From the IMG/VR virus record IMGVR_UViG_3300029286_000014: a stretch of DNA of 64,000 nucleotides. One strand, given 5' to 3'. A program made the position numbers and the translations under genes. Of this stretch, positions 34,046 through 43,178 are shown piece after piece. The notes under the pieces are model-generated. The model was given only the letters and a program-made list of their open reading frames with translations, was not told where the DNA came from and ran no database searches. Source of the DNA: an uncultured virus (IMG/VR IMGVR_UViG_3300029286_000014) (lineage: Duplodnaviria > Heunggongvirae > Uroviricota > Caudoviricetes). Every line of letters starts with the position of its first letter. Position 1 is the stretch's first letter.

Positions 34046-34603
34046 ATGAAAATAAGAGTGTCAAATGTAACAAACAGTTCAAGCGCCAGTTTCTTTTTAA
34101 CTGTTGAAACTGTCTATTCAGATATGGCAGAATTTAAAAAAGGATGGGAAAAATTTATATTAGAATGTTTAGATAATGAATTTTCTGAAAAAAATGAAAA
34201 CTATATTGTAAGGGAAACACAAAATATAGGTATTAAACATATTGGGCAAAATATATTCAGATTAGATTCACACACTTCAATGCTTAATGACATTGTATCA
34301 GATCTTCCAAAACCTTTCTTAAGAATCTTACTTGATGTAAACAGAGAAGTAGCACTTTCAAAATATGGAATAAAAACAGCAAAATTGGAAGTCTTCGAAG
34401 ATAATGGATCTATTGATGATTACAACAGATATCCAATGGAGGAAGAACGGGAAAAGGAATTAAAGAAACATTTGGGAGAGGTCATTAAAAGAATTAAAAA
34501 AGAAGATATTAGTGCTGAAAAACGATGGAAAAAACTTATGGAAGGTATTAATAGAGATAATGTAAAAAGTACCTCAGAAACATATTCGAATGAGGAGGAT
34601 TAA
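34046..34603 (+). CDS. 'NVTNSSS' N-terminal motif protein 2
   Basis: MKIRVSNVTNSSSASF. Confidence 0.7.
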   Translation: MKIRVSNVTNSSSASFFLTVETVYSDMAEFKKGWEKFILECLDNEFSEKNENYIVRETQNIGIKHIGQNIFRLDSHTSMLNDIVSDLPKPFLRILLDVNREVALSKYGIKTAKLEVFEDNGSIDDYNRYPMEEEREKELKKHLGEVIKRIKKEDISAEKRWKKLMEGINRDNVKSTSETYSNEED

Positions 34604-34817
34604 AAATGTCTGTGTATTACAATGCAATAGAACTTGGATTTAACATTTTTATGGTTATTGCATGTTTAGCTTGTATTATTATATCGTCTTTCCACTGGTC
34701 AGATAAATACAAAGAAAAAAATAGTTTCGAAAAAGCTATTTTTTATCTGATGTGGGCTACCTTGCTCATTAGTATTTTAAGATCGTGGAATATAAGTAAT
34801 AATTAAAAGGAGAAAAA

Positions 34818-35492
34818 ATGAAAAAAAATAAAGAAGAAAATGATGTACCTGAGTTTAATGAAAATGAAGGATTACATTCTGATTGCACTTATGCTAAGGG
34901 ATTAAATTGTGATTGCGTTGGTGTTAAAGGATTTATTGGAACAAAAACCCCTGTTAGTAATTCCTACGAAGGAACTACAGGTGTTAAGTGTGATCCTGGT
35001 GTTGCACAAGGGTTAAGTTGTAATTGTGGTGGTGATAAAGGTGATGAAGGATGGAAAGGAAAATATAAAATGGAAAAAGTAGAAAGAATGGGAATGGATG
35101 ATAGCAAAGTAGCGACAAGATTATTGGAAAAAAATTGGAGTCCGCTTTTGGTCCGCAAGTACCAATTACGCGGCTGGCCTCTTTTTTTAGGAATCATAAC
35201 GGATTGTAGCATATCGTCTCTCGATACGTTATTTTATAAAGTTGTTGACGAAGCAGAAAAATTAGGAATGTTCGATCAAGATTTACAAAATATTAGAAAT
35301 TTTGTAGGATTTTTATCAGACAAAGTAATTGAACATTTCGATTCAATGAAACGAGGATCTGTCGAGGGGGTAGCAATAATGTGGTACGTTGATAAATGCG
35401 CTGTGGCTAGTTCACTATTTGGAGATCATATGGTACATAAAGCGTGTAGGGACGAATTCTACTTTATAATCGGCATGTTACCTCACATATAG
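34818..35492 (+). CDS. hypothetical protein with short Gly-X-Y / Cys-rich repeats in its N-terminal half
   Basis: GLNCDCVGVKG, GLSCNCGGDKGDEGWKG. Confidence 0.55.
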   Translation: MKKNKEENDVPEFNENEGLHSDCTYAKGLNCDCVGVKGFIGTKTPVSNSYEGTTGVKCDPGVAQGLSCNCGGDKGDEGWKGKYKMEKVERMGMDDSKVATRLLEKNWSPLLVRKYQLRGWPLFLGIITDCSISSLDTLFYKVVDEAEKLGMFDQDLQNIRNFVGFLSDKVIEHFDSMKRGSVEGVAIMWYVDKCAVASSLFGDHMVHKACRDEFYFIIGMLPHI

Positions 35493-35513
35493 ATTGTTTT
35501 ATAATATCTCGAG

Positions 35514-35559
35514 ATGATCTTCTACTAAACTAGAACAAAATATAAAAGTAGGAGATCAT
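35514..35559 (+). promoter_or_regulatory. RBS-sequestering hairpin with the late-promoter motif in its loop
   Basis: ATGATCTTCTACT pairs with AGTAGGAGATCAT, which contains the SD. The loop contains TAGAACAAAATATAAA. Confidence 0.7.
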
Positions 35560-35564
35560 TTAAA

Positions 35565-37010
35565 ATGAGTCTATGTGATTATGGTTGTGGTCAAGAAGGA
35601 ATTTACAAGATTGGAAATAGATTATGTTGTTCTAAATCTTATAATTCCTGTCCTGCCAAAAAAGTTAGAAAAATTGTACCTAGAGAAAAACCAGAGGTTT
35701 GTGACTACGGATGCGGGCAAGAACCAAAATTTAGATTTGCCAATGATAAGTGGTGTTGTTCTGCATCGCAAAATGCGTGTCCATCTAAAGCAAAAAGATG
35801 TGCAGAAGCATCTTTTGGAAAAAGAGGGGATGGACACGCAAAACCTTTTGGCACAATCGAATTATGTTCTTTTGGTTGTGGAAAAATTGCTGAATTTAAA
35901 TACAAAAGTGGGCAGTATTGCTGTTTAGATGACTGGCATAGATGCCCAGGACAACATGAGAATATATCAAAAAGAACAACTATTATTTGGTCTGACAAAC
36001 AAAGAAGAAAAAATTTAAGCGACCTCAGAAAAAAGAATAAAAAAGTTCCTAAACCTATAGCTCTTTCTGAAGATACAGAATATAAATGTAAATATTGTGG
36101 GGAAAAAGCTAAATTTTTATTTAAAACTCATATGTTATATAGCTGTTCAGATCGCATTGAAAGGTGTCCAGTCGTCAGAGAAGATGCATCAAAAAAGAAT
36201 AAAATAAGATGGGAAGCCCCAGAATTTAGAGAAATGATGTCTGGAAGAGAGTGTTCTGAGGAAACAAGAAATAAGATAAGTAAATCTCAAATTGGAAAAA
36301 CAATATCAGAAGAGACTAAAAGAAAGATTGCTCTTACGAGAAAGGGAAAATCTTTAGAAGAATGGTTAGGAAGTAAAGAAAAAGCAGATGCCTATAGATT
36401 AAAAAAATCTTTACTTATGAAAGGTAAAACTTTTAAAGATAGATTTGGTGAAGAACGTGCTAAAGAAATAATAAAGAAAACCTCAGACAAATTAAAAGGA
36501 AGAACTCACACACTAGAAACTAGAAAAAAGATGTCTATAAAGAAAAAGGAGCACTGGAAAGACCCAAATGTTACTTACAATCAAAAAGAATGGCGAGAGA
36601 TGAAAGGAAGGAATACATCTCAACGATTGTTAGATCCAGAATATTGTAAAATGATGCAACAAGCTTTACATATGAAACCTAATAAACCCGAAACTTTATT
36701 GATAAATCTTTTTAAAGATCTAAATCTTGACTTTAAATATGTTGGTGATTTTTCAGTTATAATTAATGGTAAAAATCCAGACTTTATAGATGAAGAAAAG
36801 AGCCTCATCATTGAGTTTTTCGGCGATTATTGGCATGGAGAAAAATATAGAAATGATGGAATTAGTAATGAAACTCATGAACAACAGCGTATCGAACACT
36901 TCCAGCAGCAAGGTTACGAATGCCTCATAATTTGGGAGACAGACCTACAAGAAAACCTACAAGAAACAGTTAACAAGATTCTCGAATTTAGTTGTAATAC
37001 TCAATTATAA
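35565..37010 (+). CDS. free-standing homing endonuclease: Cys-rich repeats, NUMOD3 repeats and a Vsr/DUF559-like nuclease domain
   Basis: Four CxYGCG..CCS..CP-type repeats, SEETRNKIS/SEETKRKI/HTLETRKKMS, PDF...IIEFFGDYWHG. Confidence 0.8.
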   Translation: MSLCDYGCGQEGIYKIGNRLCCSKSYNSCPAKKVRKIVPREKPEVCDYGCGQEPKFRFANDKWCCSASQNACPSKAKRCAEASFGKRGDGHAKPFGTIELCSFGCGKIAEFKYKSGQYCCLDDWHRCPGQHENISKRTTIIWSDKQRRKNLSDLRKKNKKVPKPIALSEDTEYKCKYCGEKAKFLFKTHMLYSCSDRIERCPVVREDASKKNKIRWEAPEFREMMSGRECSEETRNKISKSQIGKTISEETKRKIALTRKGKSLEEWLGSKEKADAYRLKKSLLMKGKTFKDRFGEERAKEIIKKTSDKLKGRTHTLETRKKMSIKKKEHWKDPNVTYNQKEWREMKGRNTSQRLLDPEYCKMMQQALHMKPNKPETLLINLFKDLNLDFKYVGDFSVIINGKNPDFIDEEKSLIIEFFGDYWHGEKYRNDGISNETHEQQRIEHFQQQGYECLIIWETDLQENLQETVNKILEFSCNTQL

Positions 37011-37034
37011 ATAATTTAACAAAAGGAGAACAGT

Positions 37035-37211
37035 ATGAAACATGCATCATTTACAAAACCGTTATCAATTTCATTCACACAAGAGGTTTTTAAACAGATT
37101 AAAGATATTACTGACCAACAGAGAATTTCAATGGCTGAATGGGTAAGGTATGCTTGTGAAAAGGCACTTAATGAAACAGAAAATGAAAAGATTCCTGCAT
37201 CAGAAAATTAA
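37035..37211 (+). CDS. ribbon-helix-helix (CopG-like) DNA-binding protein, not in the ORF track
   Basis: SD AAGGAG. MKHASFTKPLSISFTQEVFKQIKDITDQQRISMAEWVRYACEKAL fits the RHH pattern. Confidence 0.65.
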   Translation: MKHASFTKPLSISFTQEVFKQIKDITDQQRISMAEWVRYACEKALNETENEKIPASEN

Positions 37212-37217
37212 AATTTT

Positions 37218-37721
37218 ATGTTCACCGAAACGGAAATATTACAAGCAAATAAAACATGTTCATGCGGGTGTGTTATAAAAAATTCAATTGTTCCTAAATG
37301 GATTATGGAAAATATTCCAAGGGATAAATCAATTTTAGATTTTGGTGCAGGAAAACAAGCATACCATGCGAGAAATCTTACAAAAGAAGGATTCACAAAA
37401 GTAGACGCACATGAATTTGGAAAAAACTCAAGAAAAAGAATACACACAACAAAAGCATTAGAAAAAGAATATGATGTTGTTTATGCGAGCAATGTTCTCA
37501 ATGTTCAAACAAGTAAAGAAATGATGCGGGGAACATTACAACTTATTAAAGATGTAACTTCTGTAAACGGTGTATTTGTATTTAATTATCCAAAGTCACC
37601 AAGAAAAAATGATCTTATTTTAGCAGAAGTTTTGGAAATTGTTAAAGAATTTTTTACAACAATCGAATATGATGGAAATGGGATATTTATTTCAAAAAAA
37701 AGTGAAGGAGAAAAGGTATGA
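37218..37721 (+). CDS. class I SAM-dependent methyltransferase
   Basis: ILDFGAGK, YDVVYASNVLNV. Confidence 0.8.
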   Translation: MFTETEILQANKTCSCGCVIKNSIVPKWIMENIPRDKSILDFGAGKQAYHARNLTKEGFTKVDAHEFGKNSRKRIHTTKALEKEYDVVYASNVLNVQTSKEMMRGTLQLIKDVTSVNGVFVFNYPKSPRKNDLILAEVLEIVKEFFTTIEYDGNGIFISKKSEGEKV

Positions 37722-38119
37722 ACAAAGGGGAAGATGGCGCCAGAAAGTTTTACTATTATTTTCGTGATGAAGTAATGAGACCATTAATTACAGTTTGTTT
37801 ACTCGAAGATGATAGTAAATTTTACAGAGGTATTGCTATATGCTCACCACGAGATTTTCCAAAAAAATCTGAAGGTAGAAATATAGCACTTGGAAGAGCA
37901 AGACAAGCACAGAAAAAAGGAAAAACAGACATCAATAGTATTGTTACAAGAGATGAAACAATGTTTGTTCTTAGCCAAGTTGATAATTTAGAAAACTTTC
38001 CATTTGAAGAAGTAACAGATGAATATACAGTTACTTATAAAAGTGCATTCGATGTAAAATTAACACCTTTTGAAAAAGTGTTAATGATGAAACCAGTAAA
38101 GTGTGAAAAAGGAGAATAG
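37718..38119 (+). CDS. hypothetical phage protein
   Basis: RGIAICS..D...K..GR.IALGRA pattern. Confidence 0.55.
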   Translation: MNKGEDGARKFYYYFRDEVMRPLITVCLLEDDSKFYRGIAICSPRDFPKKSEGRNIALGRARQAQKKGKTDINSIVTRDETMFVLSQVDNLENFPFEEVTDEYTVTYKSAFDVKLTPFEKVLMMKPVKCEKGE

Positions 38120-38121
38120 TT

Positions 38122-39042
38122 ATGCCAAGTACATTTGAAACATTTAGAACAAGATGTTTAGCTGCGGGAATGGTTTATGAAGATAATGTTGGATTATATA
38201 TAGATAGATACAGTTGTGTAAAATATAAAGAAGCACAAACAATAAATGGAGCTGAACCACTTCCTCTTTTGGCAGTTTATACAAAAAGTGTAGGCGGGCA
38301 ACAATATAATTATGCAGGTGTTGTTTCTCTTGAATACAATTTTGTTGGAAATGAATCATTGGTCGATTCAATAACAAGATCAATAACTGACATTGGTTCA
38401 TCCGTTCTAGATGAAAATCCAACACTGAATGGAACTTTAACAGGAATGATTAATGAAATTGTTTTGAGAGACACAAATGAAATTGCTAATGTTGGTGATA
38501 TTTATCCACATGTTACATTGATTAATTCATATAATGGAACAAGACAGGCTGAAGTTTCATTTGGAATTACAATGATTGATGCCTCAACGGGATCAAGACA
38601 TAACATGACATTCAGACAAACATTTGGAATGTTTAAACAAATTCATGTTGCAAATGCAAGAACAAGTTTAAATTATACAATGGAAAATACTGTTAAAAGT
38701 ATTAATGAAAATATTGCTGACTTTATCAAGGTAAATACAGAGACAAAAATAGATGAGAGAACTTTGTTGTCTACTCTTGATTTGGTTGAAAAGGTTGGAA
38801 AGAAAAGAAGGGATGAAGTTTCTAATTATATAAAGAATCTTGCAGCTGCTGCCCCAGGAAGAGAAACAACGTCTTGGGATTTGTTTTTAGCAATTTCAAA
38901 ATTTTCATCTGTTGAAAAGAATTTGAATGCTAAAATAGTTCTTGAGGATATTGTTGAAAGAATTATGGTTCTCCCAGCAAAAATGATTAATTCATTACAA
39001 ACGATTAATTCCGAGCCGACTCTAAGCCAAAGAGCGGCCTAG
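38122..39042 (+). CDS. DUF932-like phage protein
   Basis: GVVS..Y..V.N, L.NSYNG and T.WDL pattern. Confidence 0.5.
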   Translation: MPSTFETFRTRCLAAGMVYEDNVGLYIDRYSCVKYKEAQTINGAEPLPLLAVYTKSVGGQQYNYAGVVSLEYNFVGNESLVDSITRSITDIGSSVLDENPTLNGTLTGMINEIVLRDTNEIANVGDIYPHVTLINSYNGTRQAEVSFGITMIDASTGSRHNMTFRQTFGMFKQIHVANARTSLNYTMENTVKSINENIADFIKVNTETKIDERTLLSTLDLVEKVGKKRRDEVSNYIKNLAAAAPGRETTSWDLFLAISKFSSVEKNLNAKIVLEDIVERIMVLPAKMINSLQTINSEPTLSQRAA

Positions 39043-39066
39043 TTCATTTATCCTCCTCCTTGTAAT

Positions 39067-39098
39067 ACGTGGTGCCAGGTGCACGTTAAACACCTGGC
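39067..39098 (+). other. compact H-type RNA pseudoknot between convergent genes
   Basis: S1 ACGTG/CACGT, S2 GCCAGGTG/CACCTGGC, L1 2 nt, L3 TAAA. Confidence 0.55.
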
Positions 39099-39584
39099 TT
39101 ATTGATTATTTTGTGTTGGTTTTTCTGTCATTTTTCTTTCTGCATATCCAAGTGCGGTATTTTTAGCCATTCCTGTTGCCATATTTTTAGCAGCCTGAAC
39201 AGGTTGTGATGTTGTAACTTTATTTACCATTCCTGAATTTTTTATTTGCCCCATTCTTTTAGCAGCTCCAGATGTAACAGCATCAACTCTTTGTTTTGCA
39301 GCTTGAGCAGCTGCGGTATTTCTTAATGCAGTTACTTTGTTTGCTGCTGCTTGTGCCATTCTAGATTTTTGTATATTTGCTGCAACTTGAGCAGCCCCAG
39401 TTCTAATTTGGTTTGCTCCACCTATAACTCTTTTACCAACACCAGTTTGACCAGCTCTTGTAATCGCATTCATGGCTTGCCCAGCATATCTTCCAGCAAA
39501 ATTTGCAATTGGCTGAATAAATTCATGAAGAGCCATTTCGCCTTCTAGATAAAGAAGATAATTTTCAATTATTGTTTTTTTCAT
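39099..39584 (-). CDS. Ala/Gln-rich basic protein, putative internal head protein
   Basis: Late-like motif upstream (39597..39613, minus strand). N-terminal IIENYLLYLE. Confidence 0.55.
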   Translation of the reverse strand: MKKTIIENYLLYLEGEMALHEFIQPIANFAGRYAGQAMNAITRAGQTGVGKRVIGGANQIRTGAAQVAANIQKSRMAQAAANKVTALRNTAAAQAAKQRVDAVTSGAAKRMGQIKNSGMVNKVTTSQPVQAAKNMATGMAKNTALGYAERKMTEKPTQNNQ

Positions 39585-39633
39585 GATATCCTCATCTTTT
39601 ACTTTTTGTTCTCATTTTAGATGTTCATTCTCC

Positions 39634-39647
39634 TATATATATTAATT
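39634..39647 (+). promoter_or_regulatory. candidate early promoter TATATATATTAATT
   Basis: Exact motif copy, back-to-back with a minus-strand late-like motif. Confidence 0.7.
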
Positions 39648-39664
39648 TGTGAGAAAGAAGTGAT

Positions 39665-40603
39665 ATGTTCTTTTTTAAAAAATATAGGGAGGTTTATTTT
39701 ATGAAAGAATTAGAGGAGATGAAAGATCATGATTTATCTGTGGATCTATCGCTATCAGTTTATATAATATATGCGATATATGAGTGGGGGGAACTATCGC
39801 AAAAAATGATGAATTTGAAGATTTTTCGGCATGAAGATCACAGAAAGATCAATCCAGTTAGCACAAGATTATTTTTTGAATGGAGGTATGGGCATATTCC
39901 TAAAATATTTGAAAAATTTACGAGTGATATGATCTCCACAATTTTTTCATCAATACATGGAAAATTAAAAAAGAAAAATTTGGCTAAAGCCTTTGGAATT
40001 CCTGACTCAGATATAACAAGGGGAAATTTCTATGCATTTCATCCTGAATTCTACAATATGCCAATATCACAAATTTTTAAAATAGTTTTTCCTAGAACAT
40101 CATACGCCGATCCTAATTTGGGATGTCTCGAAAATGAACAATTTAATGAAAAAAATAGAATTTATCGAGATGAAAAAATAATGATCACAGATTTTGAATC
40201 TATCCCCCCCTGGAGGCGGAGGACAGAACCCCTTCCAGAAGAAGTTATTTCTTCCTCCAGAAATCGAACAAATAAAAAGTCTAACAAACTGCACGAAATA
40301 GAAGTTGCTCCACCAGTAGTCCCTGTTCTTCCTGAATTACCCAAAAATGGGAATTCTTCTGCTAATGAGATGATTCCAATTAGTTCATTAGGTTCTGAAA
40401 AATACGTAGAGGAGTTTCGGTCGGAACAAAATAAGTTTCGCCCTAAACCTTTGGTAACATCAACACCAACGGTTTTGGATAACTTCGAAGCGGTTCTTCA
40501 TACTCTTACAAAAAATAAATACAGGGTAAAAAGATTCCTATTAACAACAGCGACAGCAGAATTTTTTCTGAAAGACTCTAAGAAGGAGAGAACAGATGAT
40601 TGA
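39665..40603 (+). CDS. hypothetical protein (start probably ATG 39701)
   Basis: SD GGGAGG lies upstream of 39701. Confidence 0.55.
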   Translation: MFFFKKYREVYFMKELEEMKDHDLSVDLSLSVYIIYAIYEWGELSQKMMNLKIFRHEDHRKINPVSTRLFFEWRYGHIPKIFEKFTSDMISTIFSSIHGKLKKKNLAKAFGIPDSDITRGNFYAFHPEFYNMPISQIFKIVFPRTSYADPNLGCLENEQFNEKNRIYRDEKIMITDFESIPPWRRRTEPLPEEVISSSRNRTNKKSNKLHEIEVAPPVVPVLPELPKNGNSSANEMIPISSLGSEKYVEEFRSEQNKFRPKPLVTSTPTVLDNFEAVLHTLTKNKYRVKRFLLTTATAEFFLKDSKKERTDD

Positions 40604-40900
40604 AAATTTAAAAGCAGAAATCGTCAGGATGATTAAAAAAGAAGACATGTTTGATATCCTGGTGACATCAGAGGAGGGGAAGGGAAGCCATTGCGTATAC
40701 TGTCCAATCTGCTCATATACGGATATACTACTTGTAGGAAAAAAAACAATGGAAAATGGGGAAATCGTAAAATCAGTTCTCCATTACCATGTTCCAAAGA
40801 ATGGTGAAGAGTATACTGTATGTAGATGTGGTGTAAAATCCATTCTAATAGATCCAAAATTAGTAATTCCGGAACAATATAGATAAATACTGCGGGTTAG

Positions 40901-40955
40901 ACATTTGGACTTCATTTTTAAATAGAACAAATATTTAAAAATGGAGTTCAAATGT
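40901..40955 (+). promoter_or_regulatory. 24-bp RBS-sequestering hairpin with a GAACAAA loop
   Basis: 40901-40924 pairs with 40932-40955 (two G-U pairs) and covers the GGAG SD of the HNH gene. Confidence 0.75.
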
Positions 40956-40956
40956 T

Positions 40957-41877
40957 ATGATATGCGATTATGGATGTGGAAGAGAAGCAAAATATACATT
41001 CAAAAATGGAAAGTATTGTTGTGAAAGTTGGGTTTCATATTGTCCAAAACAAAAAGAAAAAAATAAAAAAGGACAAGTTAAAAGATATTCACTTGATCCG
41101 AAAACAAGAAAAAATAAAATTGGAAATTGTGAATATTGTAACAAAGAACATGATGGAACTTATGCGAGTGGAAGATTTTGTTCTAAGAAATGTGCAAGAA
41201 AATATTCATCTAATATACACAGAGAAATGATAAATGAAAAAGTCTCTGCAACTTTAAGAAATGAGAAGTATAACAAAGAAAAACACATCTACAATTTAAC
41301 ATGCTTATGTTGCGAAAATTCATTTCAAAAAGAAATACATATTTCATCATACGAGCAAAAAAGATTTATTGCGATATGTGATAAATGTAAAAAAACAGCA
41401 AGGGAAACTGATTTAGATAATTTAGCTTTCAGATTTTGGTTAAAATTTAAGAAACAACAAAGAACTGTTGATGAAAAAATAAATAAACTTTCTTGGGATG
41501 AATTACCACATGCAAGAAAAAGAAAAAAAGTTCTTGAAGAACAAAACTACAAATGTAGTACATGTGGAATTGAAGAATGGAATGGTAAATTAATAACTCT
41601 TAGCCTCCATCATAAAGATGGAAATAATAAAAATAATAGTAGAGAAAATCTTCAATTCTTATGCCCAAATTGTCATACACAAACTGAGACATATGGTATA
41701 AAAAGTTTAATAAAAAGGAACCCTTCTGCTGTTGGAAAAAAACAAGTTTCAGATGAAGATTTATTAAAATATCTTCTTGAAAGTAAAAGTATTATTGCTG
41801 GGGTTCGTAAGGCAGGAATAACAGATACAAGAAGAGCAAAAAGATTGCTTAATAAATATTTTTCATTAAATAAATGA
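40957..41877 (+). CDS. HNH homing endonuclease with an N-terminal Cys-rich module
   Basis: CSTCG...LHHKDGNNKNNSRENLQFLCPNCHTQT. Confidence 0.9.
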   Translation: MICDYGCGREAKYTFKNGKYCCESWVSYCPKQKEKNKKGQVKRYSLDPKTRKNKIGNCEYCNKEHDGTYASGRFCSKKCARKYSSNIHREMINEKVSATLRNEKYNKEKHIYNLTCLCCENSFQKEIHISSYEQKRFIAICDKCKKTARETDLDNLAFRFWLKFKKQQRTVDEKINKLSWDELPHARKRKKVLEEQNYKCSTCGIEEWNGKLITLSLHHKDGNNKNNSRENLQFLCPNCHTQTETYGIKSLIKRNPSAVGKKQVSDEDLLKYLLESKSIIAGVRKAGITDTRRAKRLLNKYFSLNK

Positions 41878-41951
41878 TGCGCGATGGTGTAACAGAAACA
41901 CGATGGTCTCATAAGCCATAACTCCCAGTGCAACTCTGGGTTGCGCAACCA
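41878..41951 (+). tRNA. tRNA-Met (CAT)
   Basis: Cloverleaf, anticodon arm ATGGT-CTCATAA-GCCAT, encoded CCA. Confidence 0.85.
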
Positions 41952-41953
41952 AT

Positions 41954-42042
41954 ATTTGATGGGAGTCGAACACCATCAAATGCAGATCACCAGACAGGTC
42001 TGTGTACCTCCTGAATGTCGGCGGGGTAGCCGTTGTCTGGAA
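41954..42042 (+). ncRNA. unclassified pseudoknotted RNA, copy 1
   Basis: Second copy at 42679..42775 with pairing-preserving changes. Confidence 0.7.
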
Positions 42043-42145
42043 CTCAAAACAATACTTTTCCTTGCTAGGGATTAATCAACAAAATGTAACAAATAATAAA
42101 GATGATATGTTGTATCTTCTTTACTAAAAATAGCGAGGATTAAAA

Positions 42146-42676
42146 ATGAAAAAAGAAAAATTGGTCGATGGGTATCTGGTTTATCTAAAAGAAGATGAAC
42201 CTAAGTATGGTTTTTTTAGAGGAATTCACAAAGCAGTCAAGAGTTTTGGAAATGCCGCAGGAACCGCTGGGGAGACAATGGATCGGGGGCAAGCTGGAAT
42301 GGCAGAATTAAACAAAAAAATTGATGCAGTAGTTGCAAAAATGCCTGAAATCAGAAAATATCTACAGTGGATAGGGATAGGTGTTGTATCAATTATTGGG
42401 TTAGCAGTTTTTTTGAAGATTGTAAAAGCCGTTGTTCTTAATTCAAGAAAATGCTATAGAGTTTGTAAAACAAAGTCCAACGATTCACTAAGTAAAATAT
42501 GCATGTTGAATTGCAAAATTATGATTGCAAAACAAACAATTGCGGCATTAAAACAAGCTTGTGCATCAAGTAAAAATCCTGAAAAATGCAAAGCTAAAAC
42601 TGAAAAGAAAATTGCGGCTCTCGAGAAAAAGATTGCAGAACTGCAAAAGAAAGTTTCATATTATAAAGTAAATTAA
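42146..42676 (+). CDS. putative virion protein with a membrane segment and Cys-patterned C-terminus
   Basis: Late-like motif upstream. CASSKNPEKCKAK resembles the proteins at 3859 and 4494. Confidence 0.6.
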   Translation: MKKEKLVDGYLVYLKEDEPKYGFFRGIHKAVKSFGNAAGTAGETMDRGQAGMAELNKKIDAVVAKMPEIRKYLQWIGIGVVSIIGLAVFLKIVKAVVLNSRKCYRVCKTKSNDSLSKICMLNCKIMIAKQTIAALKQACASSKNPEKCKAKTEKKIAALEKKIAELQKKVSYYKVN

Positions 42677-42678
42677 GT

Positions 42679-42775
42679 ATTTGATGAGTTCACCCCCTCA
42701 TCAAATGCAGACCACCAGATAGGTCTGTCAGCCTCCTTTTTATTTTTAATCCGGTGGGGTAGCCGTTGTCTGGAA
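42679..42775 (+). ncRNA. unclassified pseudoknotted RNA, copy 2
   Basis: See copy 1. Confidence 0.7.
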
Positions 42776-42805
42776 TCCAAATTTTTGTTTGAAAGGAGAA
42801 ACACA

Positions 42806-43171
42806 TTGCCCAAAGAAGGAGATGTTGTTTTAATTTATAGGGATAATAGACCAATGACATTTGCCGAAATTCATGAGATAACATCAAACGAGAAAAAGAA
42901 TTGGTGGAATGTAGATTTTATTGGTTTGTCGTTACCTCTAACAAAATTCACATGGATTTTAAGAATGGAACAGTTAGACGGTGAAGATTTCACAATGGGA
43001 GGAACCCCAGTAAAAATAACTTCTTTAGAGAAGTTATTAAATGTACAAGATAAAAAAACTAAAGTTCTTGAAATACCAAAAAAGAAACAGGAAATAAAGA
43101 AGATGGGAAAGGTGATTCAATTAAGACCAAAAAAAGATGAACCACCAGAAGATGAACCATTAATTGCTTAA
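42806..43171 (+). CDS. hypothetical protein (TTG start)
   Basis: SD AAAGGAG upstream of TTG 42806. Confidence 0.55.
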   Translation: MPKEGDVVLIYRDNRPMTFAEIHEITSNEKKNWWNVDFIGLSLPLTKFTWILRMEQLDGEDFTMGGTPVKITSLEKLLNVQDKKTKVLEIPKKKQEIKKMGKVIQLRPKKDEPPEDEPLIA

Positions 43172-43178
43172 AGGTTAT

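Noticed and set aside
35493..37034. Group I intron around the Vsr-like endonuclease
   Set aside because: The flanking ORFs end and start normally with their own signals, and there is no room for an intron core.
41954..42042. HDV-like theta ribozyme after tRNA-Met
   Set aside because: The position fits, but the helix order does not match the HDV P1-P2-P3-P1.1-P4 topology as I read it. It is kept as unclassified.
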